36,612 nt of DNA. It comes from an uncultured bacterium. GTDB taxonomy: Bacteria > Lernaellota > Lernaellaia > Lernaellales > Lernaellaceae. This document shows positions 1 through 8,507 of the stretch, piece after piece. The translations under genes were made by a program, and so were the position numbers. The notes under the pieces were generated by a model. It did no database searches. It was not told where the DNA came from and was given only the letters and a program-made list of their open reading frames with translations. The stretch is from positions 1 to 36,612 of the forward strand of contig CAZHPN010000042.1 in assembly GCA_964534375.1 (NCBI GenBank). Reading direction: 5' to 3'. The first letter of the stretch is position 1. Every line of letters starts with the position of its first letter.

Positions 1-2
1 AG

Positions 3-158
3 GCCCGCTTGGACCACCGCGGCGCGTACAACATGTTCGTCGCCGCCTATCGCGCCGCTCGCGGCCTATTCTTGCGGCAGCCGCCAGCGGCGATTTATCA
101 GTTTCCCACCGGCTCGTATGTGCCGCCGTTCGTTCCGTTGCCGCCCGCGCCGAACTAA
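3..158 (+). CDS. C-terminal fragment of a probable REP-associated tyrosine (HUH/Y1) transposase; 5' part lies outside the window
   Basis: Frame 3 is open from the window edge and reads ARLDHRGAYNMFVAAYRAARGLFLRQPPAAIYQFPTGSYVPPFVPLPPAPN, ending in TAA at 156-158. From memory this resembles the 'Y..FVAA(Y/F)R.A...FP..S(Y/F).P' tail of myxobacterial RAYT-like transposases. The catalytic HUH motif is not in the window. Confidence 0.5.
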   Translation, partial: ARLDHRGAYNMFVAAYRAARGLFLRQPPAAIYQFPTGSYVPPFVPLPPAPN

Positions 159-366
159 ACGCCTCCAACGCACTCCAAGAACCCAACGAAAACTAACACG
201 GACGGCGAAGAACTGTCCGTGGCCGTCATCACAGTCAAACTGCCGCGCGGAACACGACAAAAATCCCTGCGCGGTGGTCTCTGACTCCGCAAAACGACGA
301 ATCCGGCGGCAAGAATGAGGGGCAAAAGGTCGGGAGGCGGTCCGACGCGGCAATTTGTATCGAAAT

Positions 367-386
367 GTTCCGAAGTGGCTGGCGCC
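367..386 (-). repeat. Single copy of the GGCGCCAGCCACTTCGGAAC dispersed repeat
   Basis: GTTCCGAAGTGGCTGGCGCC is the reverse complement of the motif repeated at 7990-8280. Confidence 0.8.
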
Positions 387-431
387 TTGTCGGGGCGCGT
401 CTTGTCGGGGGTGACACGAAACTGCCCAGGC

Positions 432-461
432 TTTCCGCCGGAAGAAAAACGAAGATATAAT
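432..461 (+). promoter_or_regulatory. Possible sigma70 promoter for the glycyl radical enzyme operon
   Basis: Perfect TATAAT at 456-461, about 60 nt upstream of the ATG at 521; the -35 region (TTTCCG/TTCCGC) is weak. Confidence 0.3.
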
Positions 462-520
462 CGCCGTCGTCGATCGGGGGCGCGGCCTGCGCCGAGTTGC
501 CGCCGAAAAGGGGGGCGAAA

Positions 521-3037
521 ATGAGCACGATGCCCGCCGGCAGTGCGGCGTACAAAATCAAAGAGCCCAAAGGCCTATCGCCGCGCATCAAATGGTTGCG
601 CGACTATTTCTTTCAAGGCGCCGAACGCGCGTGGAACAACGAGTTCACGGCCTGGACGACGGGCGCCCCGTGGGACACGCAGTTCAACGAATTGTCGTTT
701 TACATTGTGCCGGAAAACTACCTCTTGATGCAGACCTTCGTGAAGTCGTTCGCGCAGGCGGCGCTGCCGGTCAAGCTCGATCCGCAATTCTGGTCGTGGA
801 GCCTGCCGGAGCGACGCGCCTGGTTCGTCAAAGAGGTCATGATTAATTACGTGCCGCAGGAAATTCTGCCGGGCGACCTCGTGGCCGGCGCGCGCTTCAA
901 CCTCGAGTCGTCGATGTGTCTCGACAGGAAAGAAGCCGCCGTGCGCGACCGTCGCGTCTACGGCAAACGCGGCGCGCGCGCCAAAATGAAATGGTTCCAC
1001 GATCACGGTTACGGCAACGCCGGCGCCACCAGCGGCCACCTCATCCCCGGCTACGAACGCGCGCTGAAGATCGGCTGGCAGGGCATCCACGCCGACCTCT
1101 CCGCGAAATACGCCGGGCTCACGCCGCGTGAGCAGCAAGGACCGCGGGGCGCGCAGCTTCGCGCGATGCTCACCGCCGCGACGATGCCGCGCGACCTCGC
1201 CGCGAAATACGCCGCGCTCTGCCGCGAACTCGCCGCGCAGGAAGAGACCGCCCCGCGCCAAAAAGAACTGGCCCAGATGGCGGCGAATCTCGACCGCGTG
1301 CCGTGGGCGCCGCCCGTAACGTTCTGGGAAGCGGTGCAGGCGTTGTGGCTGACGCACATGCTCGTGATGAGCGACGAAAACTACCCGGGCCCGGGCGTCT
1401 CGTTTGGCCGCATCGACCAATATCTCTTGCCCTACTGGGAGCGCTCACTGGCGGACGGGATGGACCGCGAGTTCGGCAAGGAAGTCCTCCGCTGTTTCTG
1501 GGTGCACGCGAACACGGTCTACGACGCCCTGATCCGCGCCGGCCACCAGGGCATCACCGCCGGCTTCGGCCAATTGATCACGCTCTCCGGCGTCGGCGCC
1601 GGCGGCCGCGACATGACCAACGACCTGACCTGGGCGATGCTCGAAGTCATCGACGAAATGACGCCGATCCTTGAACCCAAGCCCAACGTCCGCCTGCACC
1701 GCGGCACGCCCGACGAGTTGCTCGATAAGGTCGTGGACATGGTCGCCGCCAGCCAGGGCGCGCCGTTCCTGCTCAATTTCGACGAACGGTCGATGGCCGG
1801 CATGATGCGCGAGGCACGGCGCGCCGGCCTCGAACATCTGATCCATAACGACAACGTCCACGACTATGCGCCGGTCGGCTGCCTCGAAAACACCATGGTC
1901 GGCAACGACCGTTCGGGCACGGTCGACAACAACCTCAACCTGCTCAAAGCGGTCGAGTTGGCGCTCAACAACGGCCGCGATCTCGTCGCCTTTGTCGACC
2001 CGGTGACCGGCAAAACGGAGGCCATCCGCCGGGACGGCCCCTGCACCGGCGAAGCCGCCACATTCCGCACCTGGGACGATTTCTGGCGCGCCTTCGCGAC
2101 CCAGTTGCGTTTCATCGTCAAAAAATGCGTCGATTTATATGAGATATCCGAAGCGCTTCGCGCCGAATATTTCCAGACGCCGTACCTGTCGTGCCTGGTC
2201 AAAGGCTGCGCCGAACAGGGCCGCGACGTCACGCAGGGCGGCGCCGAAATCGCCCTGACGACGATGGAAGGCGTCACCTTCGCGACGACGGTCGATTCGC
2301 TCCTCGCCGTCAAAGCGCTCGTCTTCGACCAGCATGCCTGCACGATGGCCGAATTGCGTCAGGCGCTCCGGGACAACTGGCGCGGACACGAGGTCTTGCA
2401 GGCCCGCGCGAGATTCAAAACGCCCAAATACGGCCGCGACGACGACGAAGCCGACGCCCTTGCCCGCCGCGTGATGGACCTCTGGGCTGAAGAGGTCTGG
2501 AAATACAAGACCGCCTCCACCGGCCGCCAATTCCGCCCCGGCATGCTCAGTTGGAATTATTGGGTCGGCGACGGCTTCGTCCTCGCCGCCAGCCCCGACG
2601 GCCGGCCGCAAGGCCAGTTTCTATCAAATGCGATATGTCCCTCGAACGGCGCCGACATCAACGGGCCGACCTCGAACGCCAACTCGGTCGGCAAAGCGCT
2701 CGGCGGCAAGGTCGCCGACGGCAAAGGCGACTGGGGCGAATATCTCAATAATCTGCCGAACGGCGCGAGCCACACGATCACTTTCCACCCGGCGATCGTC
2801 AACGACCCGGAACATCGCGCGAAATTCAAGGCGTTTCTGCGCGGCTACGGCGAAAACGGCGGCACGGCCCTGCAGATCAACATGCTCGACGAGGGCCTGC
2901 TCCGCGAGGCGCAGCGACACCCGCAGGATTACCGCCACCTGCTGGTGCGCGTCACCGGTTACAACGCCTACTTCACGAGCATCGGCAAGGAATTGCAGGA
3001 CGAAGTCATCGCACGCTTGAGCCACAACAAACTTTAG
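521..3037 (+). CDS. Glycyl radical enzyme (PFL-like/PFL2 family), substrate unknown
   Basis: About 838 aa. Gly-radical loop LLVRVTGYNAYF at the C-terminus, single-Cys loop PVGCLEN, plus SFGRIDQYL, PKYG.DDDEAD and ASPDGR motifs. ATG at 521 follows AAGGGGGG. Confidence 0.93.
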   Translation: MSTMPAGSAAYKIKEPKGLSPRIKWLRDYFFQGAERAWNNEFTAWTTGAPWDTQFNELSFYIVPENYLLMQTFVKSFAQAALPVKLDPQFWSWSLPERRAWFVKEVMINYVPQEILPGDLVAGARFNLESSMCLDRKEAAVRDRRVYGKRGARAKMKWFHDHGYGNAGATSGHLIPGYERALKIGWQGIHADLSAKYAGLTPREQQGPRGAQLRAMLTAATMPRDLAAKYAALCRELAAQEETAPRQKELAQMAANLDRVPWAPPVTFWEAVQALWLTHMLVMSDENYPGPGVSFGRIDQYLLPYWERSLADGMDREFGKEVLRCFWVHANTVYDALIRAGHQGITAGFGQLITLSGVGAGGRDMTNDLTWAMLEVIDEMTPILEPKPNVRLHRGTPDELLDKVVDMVAASQGAPFLLNFDERSMAGMMREARRAGLEHLIHNDNVHDYAPVGCLENTMVGNDRSGTVDNNLNLLKAVELALNNGRDLVAFVDPVTGKTEAIRRDGPCTGEAATFRTWDDFWRAFATQLRFIVKKCVDLYEISEALRAEYFQTPYLSCLVKGCAEQGRDVTQGGAEIALTTMEGVTFATTVDSLLAVKALVFDQHACTMAELRQALRDNWRGHEVLQARARFKTPKYGRDDDEADALARRVMDLWAEEVWKYKTASTGRQFRPGMLSWNYWVGDGFVLAASPDGRPQGQFLSNAICPSNGADINGPTSNANSVGKALGGKVADGKGDWGEYLNNLPNGASHTITFHPAIVNDPEHRAKFKAFLRGYGENGGTALQINMLDEGLLREAQRHPQDYRHLLVRVTGYNAYFTSIGKELQDEVIARLSHNKL

Positions 3038-3048
3038 ACGAGGCGCCC

Positions 3049-4065
3049 GTGGGCCGCACCACAGAACAAAACGAACCGACCGCGGTGATTCTCGAAATCC
3101 AGCGGATGTCCACCGAAGACGGGCCCGGCCTGCGCACGACGGTCTTTTTCAAAGGCTGCAGCCTGAAATGCGCCTGGTGCCACAACCCCGAAAGCCTGGC
3201 GCCCCAGCCGCAGACGCAGTGGCTCGCCTCGCGCTGCCTCGGCTGCAAGTTGTGCCTGGCGGCCTGCCCGAACGGCGCGCTGACCTGGGGCGCGGCGGGG
3301 CCGCTTATCGACCGTGCGCGTTGCCAGGGCTGCGGCGCCTGCGCGGCCGAATGCCCGTCGACGGCGATGGAGCTGCTCGGCAAACGCTGGACCGTGTCGG
3401 ACCTGATCGCCGAGGTCGCGAAGGACCGCGCGTATTTCGCGCAATCGACCGATGGCGGCGTCACCGCCTCGGGCGGCGAAGCGACGCTGCAAAGCGCCTT
3501 CGTCGCCGCGTTCTTCGCCGGGTTGCGCAAGATCGGCCTGCACACGGCGCTGGACACCTGCGGCCAGTGCGCGCCGGCCGCGCTCGAAGCGGTACTGCCG
3601 CACGCCGATCTCGTGCTCTACGATCTCAAGGACATCGACCCCGAACGCCACGCGCAGTTCACGGGCTGCGATAACCGCCGCATCATCGAAAACCTGCGCC
3701 GGGTCGTGCATTCGATGAAGCACAACGGCCGGCCGAAAGAGCTATGGATTCGCACGCCGATCATTCCCGGCGCGACGGACCGCGACGAGAATATCGCCGA
3801 ATTGGGCCGGTTCCTCGGCAAAAACCTGCGCGGCGTCGTCGCCCGCTGGGATTTGTGCTCGTTCAACAACCTGTGCCGCGACAAGTACGCGCGGCTCGGC
3901 CTCGAGTGGCCGTACAAAAACGAGCCGCTGCTCGAACGCGCAACGATGGAACGCCTGGCCGAGGTCGCGCGCGGCTCGGGCGTCGACGCGCGCGTGGTCC
4001 ACTGGAGCGGCGCCGTGCGGGCCGAAACGGACGCTGCGCCGGCCACGGAAGAAGGCGGTTGTTGA
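3049..4065 (+). CDS. Glycyl-radical enzyme activating protein (radical SAM with ferredoxin-like insert)
   Basis: DGPGLRTTVFFKGCSLKCAWCHNPES (CxxxCxxC), two CxxCxxCxxxCP motifs, GGVTASGGE and HTALDTCG; starts 11 nt after the GRE stop. Confidence 0.95.
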   Translation: MGRTTEQNEPTAVILEIQRMSTEDGPGLRTTVFFKGCSLKCAWCHNPESLAPQPQTQWLASRCLGCKLCLAACPNGALTWGAAGPLIDRARCQGCGACAAECPSTAMELLGKRWTVSDLIAEVAKDRAYFAQSTDGGVTASGGEATLQSAFVAAFFAGLRKIGLHTALDTCGQCAPAALEAVLPHADLVLYDLKDIDPERHAQFTGCDNRRIIENLRRVVHSMKHNGRPKELWIRTPIIPGATDRDENIAELGRFLGKNLRGVVARWDLCSFNNLCRDKYARLGLEWPYKNEPLLERATMERLAEVARGSGVDARVVHWSGAVRAETDAAPATEEGGC

Positions 4066-4092
4066 CCACGCGCCGACAGAAAGGAAATCGCC

Positions 4093-4932
4093 GTGAAGCA
4101 TTCCGCGTTTGAGACAAGCGATCTCCCGGCACTCGAGCCGACAACCAAGGTCGGCCTGCTCGCGACGGTCAGCCCCGAAGGTTTGCCGCACGTGTCGCTC
4201 ATCACGTCGATCCAGGCGAAGACGCCGCGGCAATTGATGTGGGGCCAGTTCACCGAGGGGTTGTCGAAAAAGCACGTGCGTCAAAATCCGAAAACCGCGT
4301 TCCTGATGCTGACGGTGGATCGCAAGCTGTGGCGCGGCAAAGCCAGCTACACTCACGCCGTTCGCGAAGGCGACGATTATGTGATGTTCAACAGCAAGCC
4401 GATGTTTCGCTACAACGCCTACTTCGGCATCCACACCGTGCACTACATGGATCTCGTCGAAACCGGCGGCCGCGAGGCGCTGCCGCTGGCGAATATCGCC
4501 GCCGCGCTCGTGGCGACGCGTTTCGCCAAAGCCGGGGCCCGGACCGACGGCGCGCCGATTCTCACGCCGTGGGGACGCGGCCTTTTCGATGGCCTGCTTT
4601 CCCTGAAATTCATCGCCTGGGTCGACGCCGACGGCTACCCCACGCTCACGCCGCTGCTGCCGTGCCAATGCGCCGATCGCCGGCGCCTGGTTTTTTCGCC
4701 GTTGGCGTACGGCGACGAGCTGCGGACGATTCCGGCCGGCGCGCCGGTCGCGATCTTCGGCATGACGATGCAAATGGAAAACATTCTCGTCCGCGGGATC
4801 TTCAGCGGTTTCCGGCGGCATCGTTTCTGCGAGTTGGGCGTCGTCGACGTTGACTGGGTTTACAACTCGATGCCGCCCAAAATGGGGCAGATTTATCCGC
4901 CCGTGCCGTTGACGGCAGTTGTCAATTTCTGA
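4093..4932 (+). CDS. Pyridoxamine 5'-phosphate oxidase-like FMN-binding split-barrel protein, two tandem domains
   Basis: LLATVSPEGLPHVS...KKHVRQNPK in the first half and FIAWVDADGYP in the second; GTG start after AAGGAAA; same strand and closely spaced with the GRE genes. Confidence 0.7.
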   Translation: MKHSAFETSDLPALEPTTKVGLLATVSPEGLPHVSLITSIQAKTPRQLMWGQFTEGLSKKHVRQNPKTAFLMLTVDRKLWRGKASYTHAVREGDDYVMFNSKPMFRYNAYFGIHTVHYMDLVETGGREALPLANIAAALVATRFAKAGARTDGAPILTPWGRGLFDGLLSLKFIAWVDADGYPTLTPLLPCQCADRRRLVFSPLAYGDELRTIPAGAPVAIFGMTMQMENILVRGIFSGFRRHRFCELGVVDVDWVYNSMPPKMGQIYPPVPLTAVVNF

Positions 4933-5086
4933 TATCGTAATTGGCTGCTTCTTCTCCGTCAGAAGCGGTCGGCCTGCACCGCGCCGAATTCCTGGCCGGC
5001 GACGCCGAGCAACGCCCATTCGTCGCGGATTTTCCGGACGCGTCGCTGCACCGCCCCGACCGATTCGCCCGTTGCGGCGCCTCCGC

Positions 5087-6433
5087 TCAACCGCAGCCCT
5101 GGCCGCCCCCGCTGCTCTGGACCGCGCTGTGCGGCGCCGGCGACGGCGAATCGTCGTCGCCGACGCTGTCATCGTCGTTGTCGTCGTCGCCCAGGCCGGG
5201 CGGCGGCGCGGTCAGGTCGTCCCACGTCAGCGCGACCGGTTGCTTGTCGCACGAATAGCCGTCGGCGTTGGTGAACGCCACGCCCATTTCCAACGTCGCG
5301 GGCAGGAAATACATCGTCTGCGCCGTGGTCGAGAGCGTGGTCACCTGCTTCACCGTCGCCGCAATCGCCCACATCTCGCCGAGCGTCACTTCGCCCCCGA
5401 GTTCAGTGATTTCCTGTTTCATCAGGGCGTAGCGTCCGGTCCGCTGGCCGGGCTCTAATTTCAACAGGGTGTTGGCCGCGACCAGCACGTCCGAATACCA
5501 GCCGGCTTCGTCGGCCGGTTGGCGCAAGACCCAGCCGCGATTGTCGACCTCCAGCACCACGGCCGGGTCGCCCGTCGTCACGCCGCGCGGTTCGATGAGA
5601 TTGAGGACTGCCCCGCCGCCGCGCGGCACGTCGGCGACGGCCGTCACCAGCGTGTCGATGTTCATTTCGCCGTCGGCGTCCGGCGCCTGCAGCGCTTGCC
5701 GCAGCGTGACGCCCAGCGGCACAAAGCCCGGCGTGAAGTCGTTGCTCCACAGCGGCGTGCCGTTCGAGGCGACGTGCAGCACGACCGCGACGCCGCGGTC
5801 GTTCATGCACGACAAACAGCCGACGAAACCGGGGAACGAGACCATCGCAACCGTATGACTTCCCGCGGCGGAGGGCGAGAACACGAGCACGATCGTCATG
5901 TCGGGCAGCAGATAGCGGTTCGGACCGTCCAGCGCCCAATCGAGATTGCGCACCAGGGCCGTTTCGCCGCGCAGCCGCGGTTCGACCGACGTCGCCGTGT
6001 CCCAGGCCATTTGCGTGCTGCAGGCCATCCCGCCGACGTCGCTCAAGGCGTTGCCGACGAGCAGGTCGTCGACGTCGAGGTTGCGGCCGAGTTCCGGAAT
6101 GAACGGGTCCGCGCCGCCGGCCGCCAACCCGGCGAGCATGGCGGCCGCTTCCTGCTTAAAATCATCCGGCCATGTATAGAAGATCGGAATCGCGGCGTGC
6201 GCGGCCTCGTACAGGGCCGGCGGCAGCAGCGACAAAACGTAATCGCGAAAGAGCTGGCGAATTTCGGCGCCGAGATGGAAACCGTGCGCATAGCCCATTT
6301 CTGCGGGCGTGCCCCAAACGTGCAAAACGCGCTGCCCGCCGACCGTGTACAGATAGCCGTTCACCGGCGGCTCGGCGCGGGCCGTGACCGTCAGGCAAAT
6401 CATAAAGATCGCCGCGACAGCAATTCGCTTCAC
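5087..6433 (-). CDS. Secreted C45-family Ntn-hydrolase (acyl-CoA:6-APA acyltransferase-like)
   Basis: Signal peptide (V)KRIAVAAIFMICLTVTARA from GTG 6433; GTPAEMGYAHG; autoproteolytic nucleophile context MA|CST; RNLDW; MNDRGV; Asp-rich tail ending GCG. Confidence 0.75.
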   Translation of the reverse strand: MKRIAVAAIFMICLTVTARAEPPVNGYLYTVGGQRVLHVWGTPAEMGYAHGFHLGAEIRQLFRDYVLSLLPPALYEAAHAAIPIFYTWPDDFKQEAAAMLAGLAAGGADPFIPELGRNLDVDDLLVGNALSDVGGMACSTQMAWDTATSVEPRLRGETALVRNLDWALDGPNRYLLPDMTIVLVFSPSAAGSHTVAMVSFPGFVGCLSCMNDRGVAVVLHVASNGTPLWSNDFTPGFVPLGVTLRQALQAPDADGEMNIDTLVTAVADVPRGGGAVLNLIEPRGVTTGDPAVVLEVDNRGWVLRQPADEAGWYSDVLVAANTLLKLEPGQRTGRYALMKQEITELGGEVTLGEMWAIAATVKQVTTLSTTAQTMYFLPATLEMGVAFTNADGYSCDKQPVALTWDDLTAPPPGLGDDDNDDDSVGDDDSPSPAPHSAVQSSGGGQGCG

Positions 6434-6517
6434 GTTCGGCCCCCCGCGATGTCGGCATAAGATCCTGTGTCGTGCAGAATAGCGGCCGGCGCGCCCGCGC
6501 ACAAGACGGGATGTCGT

Positions 6518-6552
6518 CAGTGAACAGGGAACAGTGAACGGTGAACAGTGGT
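6518..6552. repeat. Heptamer array (CAGTGAA-like, 5 units)
   Basis: CAGTGAA CAGGGAA CAGTGAA CGGTGAA CAGTGGT between the MFS stop and the C45 start. Confidence 0.75.
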
Positions 6553-6578
6553 AGTCAGGAACAGGGCGCCCTGTCTCG

Positions 6579-7778
6579 TCAGAAACCTTCTTCCGACTCC
6601 GGGGCCAGCGGACCGACAGGTTCGGCCGACTTCGGCACGCGAATCCGCAGGCAGACAAAAAAACCGGCGGCGGCGATGCTCGCCGCGAGCAAAAACACCC
6701 AGCGATAGCCCCAGGTCACCCAGATGTAACCGGAGAAAACCGGCAGGCTCATCGACAGCGCGTGTTCAATGGTGACGCCGACCGCCGCCGACGAGGTGAT
6801 GTCCGTCGGCGCGACCGCGATCTTCTTCAGATACGTCGTGCGGGCCACGCGCAACGCGTACAACAGACTGTCGAGAATGTACGTCGCATAAAGTAGATAG
6901 ACGTCGTACGGTTTGGGCACCAGATCCGACGCGAACGCGTACGACAGACAAACTAACGCCAGGACAAATTCATCGGCGGACAGCACCGTGCGCTCGCCCA
7001 GCCAATCGATAATCTCGCCCATCAGGGGGCGGAAAATCACGCCCAGCGTCGCCGCAATGAAGAACAGCAGCGCGATCGTGCTCACGGGCACGTCGTATTT
7101 CTTGACCAGCACCCAACCGCCGAAAACCAGAAAAATCTGCTTGTGCAGGCCGAACAGCGCGCTGATCAGATAAAACAGTGAATACTTTTTGCGCAGGACG
7201 ATCCGGGACGAACGCTGGTCTTCGCGCCCGACGCGCAGCCGCCAATACAAAACGCCCGCCGTCAGCGCGCAGGCGGACGCGAACGTGTAAAGCAGGCTGT
7301 AACGGTCGCCCAGCAACTTCGCCAGCACGTACACCACGGCGACCCCGAGAATCGTCCCGATATTCCGCGCGCCGCCGAATTGCCCCAGTCGTTTGCCCTC
7401 GGCGCCGTCGCGGGCCAACCGCAGCGCAATCGGACTTTCGACGGCGAAGATGATGTGATCGCCCAGCGACCAAATCATCGTAAATGCGACCAGCCCGGCG
7501 ACGTTCGAGGGCAGGAAAGCGAGGCCGAGCGAGCCGATGCAGGTGAACAGCATCGCAAACGCGGCCATCTGGGTTTCGCGAAGAAACACGAGCAAGGCGC
7601 CGGAAACGAAAATGATCAAGAAACCCGGAAGTTCGCGCGGAAATTCGAGCCAGCCGCGCTGCCCGGCGTCCAGATGCTGAACGTCCGCCAGGTAATTGCT
7701 GATCGTGGAGCTGAACACGCCGCCGGCCGCCCCGAAAAACAGCGTGGCGAACAACGCGAGCTTCACTTCGGACTTCAT
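6579..7778 (-). CDS. Major facilitator superfamily transporter
   Basis: 399 aa with about 12 hydrophobic segments and the motif-A-like GEIIDWLGER in the second half. Confidence 0.88.
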   Translation of the reverse strand: MKSEVKLALFATLFFGAAGGVFSSTISNYLADVQHLDAGQRGWLEFPRELPGFLIIFVSGALLVFLRETQMAAFAMLFTCIGSLGLAFLPSNVAGLVAFTMIWSLGDHIIFAVESPIALRLARDGAEGKRLGQFGGARNIGTILGVAVVYVLAKLLGDRYSLLYTFASACALTAGVLYWRLRVGREDQRSSRIVLRKKYSLFYLISALFGLHKQIFLVFGGWVLVKKYDVPVSTIALLFFIAATLGVIFRPLMGEIIDWLGERTVLSADEFVLALVCLSYAFASDLVPKPYDVYLLYATYILDSLLYALRVARTTYLKKIAVAPTDITSSAAVGVTIEHALSMSLPVFSGYIWVTWGYRWVFLLAASIAAAGFFVCLRIRVPKSAEPVGPLAPESEEGF

Positions 7779-7972
7779 GAAGGAACCTTCACCCGATGAA
7801 CCTGTCCCGAACTCGATTGAAGTTCCGGATGAGGCGTGGCGGCGTTTCTCCGCGCCAAGGAACGCGACGGCGGCCCAGCACGTAAAAAAATGACGACTGC
7901 CGGGACGTGTTTATCCCGCCGCACACTTGCCGTCAAGTTCTCGACGGGGCGTCCGCGATGACGCGCCCAAAA

Positions 7973-8280
7973 GGCGTCAGCCAAAAGGCGCCAGCCACCT
8001 CGGAGCGGCCACCTCGGAGCGGCTCCTGCGCGCGGCTCACTTCGGCAGGAGCCAGCCACCTCGAAATGGCCAGCACCAGCTCAAGTAATTGAAAACAAAG
8101 CGTTTGATGAAAGTTGTGCAGAAATTCCATCGCCGAAAAAAGGCGCCAGCCACCTCGGAACGGCGCCCAAAACAGGGTGCCTAAAAACAGGGTGCCAGCC
8201 ACTTCGGAACGGTGCAACGGTGCCAGCCACTTCGGAACGCTTTGGAACGCCGCCGAAAAATCGCCAGCCATTTTCGGAAA
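7973..8280 (+). repeat. Cluster of direct REP-like repeats, core GCCAGCCAC(C/T)TCGGA
   Basis: Near-full copies start at 7990, 8051, 8145, 8194, 8222 and 8263, with partial copies at about 8007 and 8035; AAAACAGGGTGCC is duplicated at about 8169-8196. Confidence 0.85.
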
Positions 8281-8426
8281 TTCCGGACGTCGAACCTCTG
8301 CCGGGTGTGTATTCTCCTCAAGAAAATCTCGTCGCCGCGGCAATAATCTGTTTTCGCGCGCGTCACTTAAGTGTGCAATGCCGAGTGATTGCCGACGATT
8401 TTGGCTATTGCTAACGCGTTTTTCGC

Positions 8427-8455
8427 TTGACAGCTTACTGTCCGGTAAGTAGATT
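8427..8455 (+). promoter_or_regulatory. Sigma70 promoter of the efflux operon
   Basis: TTGACA (8427-8432), 17 nt spacer, TAGATT (8450-8455). Confidence 0.8.
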
Positions 8456-8485
8456 CTCCGCGCTCTTTACTTACCGGTCAGTAAC
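8434..8485. promoter_or_regulatory. Two palindromic TetR-type operators
   Basis: CTTAC-TGTCCG-GTAAG (8434-8449, inside the promoter spacer) and TTAC-CGGTCA-GTAA (8471-8484); the two sites are near-identical inverted copies. Confidence 0.7.
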
Positions 8486-8507
8486 CGACCGGGAAAGGAG
8501 ATGGTCA

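Noticed and set aside
521..3037. Pyruvate formate-lyase (pflB) or another named GRE
   Set aside because: It lacks the adjacent Cys-Cys pair of PFL, and I cannot verify substrate-specific residues for CutC, HypD or others by eye.
4943..4970. Intrinsic terminator after the GRE operon
   Set aside because: A stem is possible (GGCTGCTTCT / AGAAGCGGTC) but there is no U-tract on either strand, so it is not supported well enough to call.
7973..8280. CRISPR array
   Set aside because: The repeat core is only about 15-20 nt, spacing is irregular (28-94 nt), spacers contain partial repeats, and no cas genes are present.
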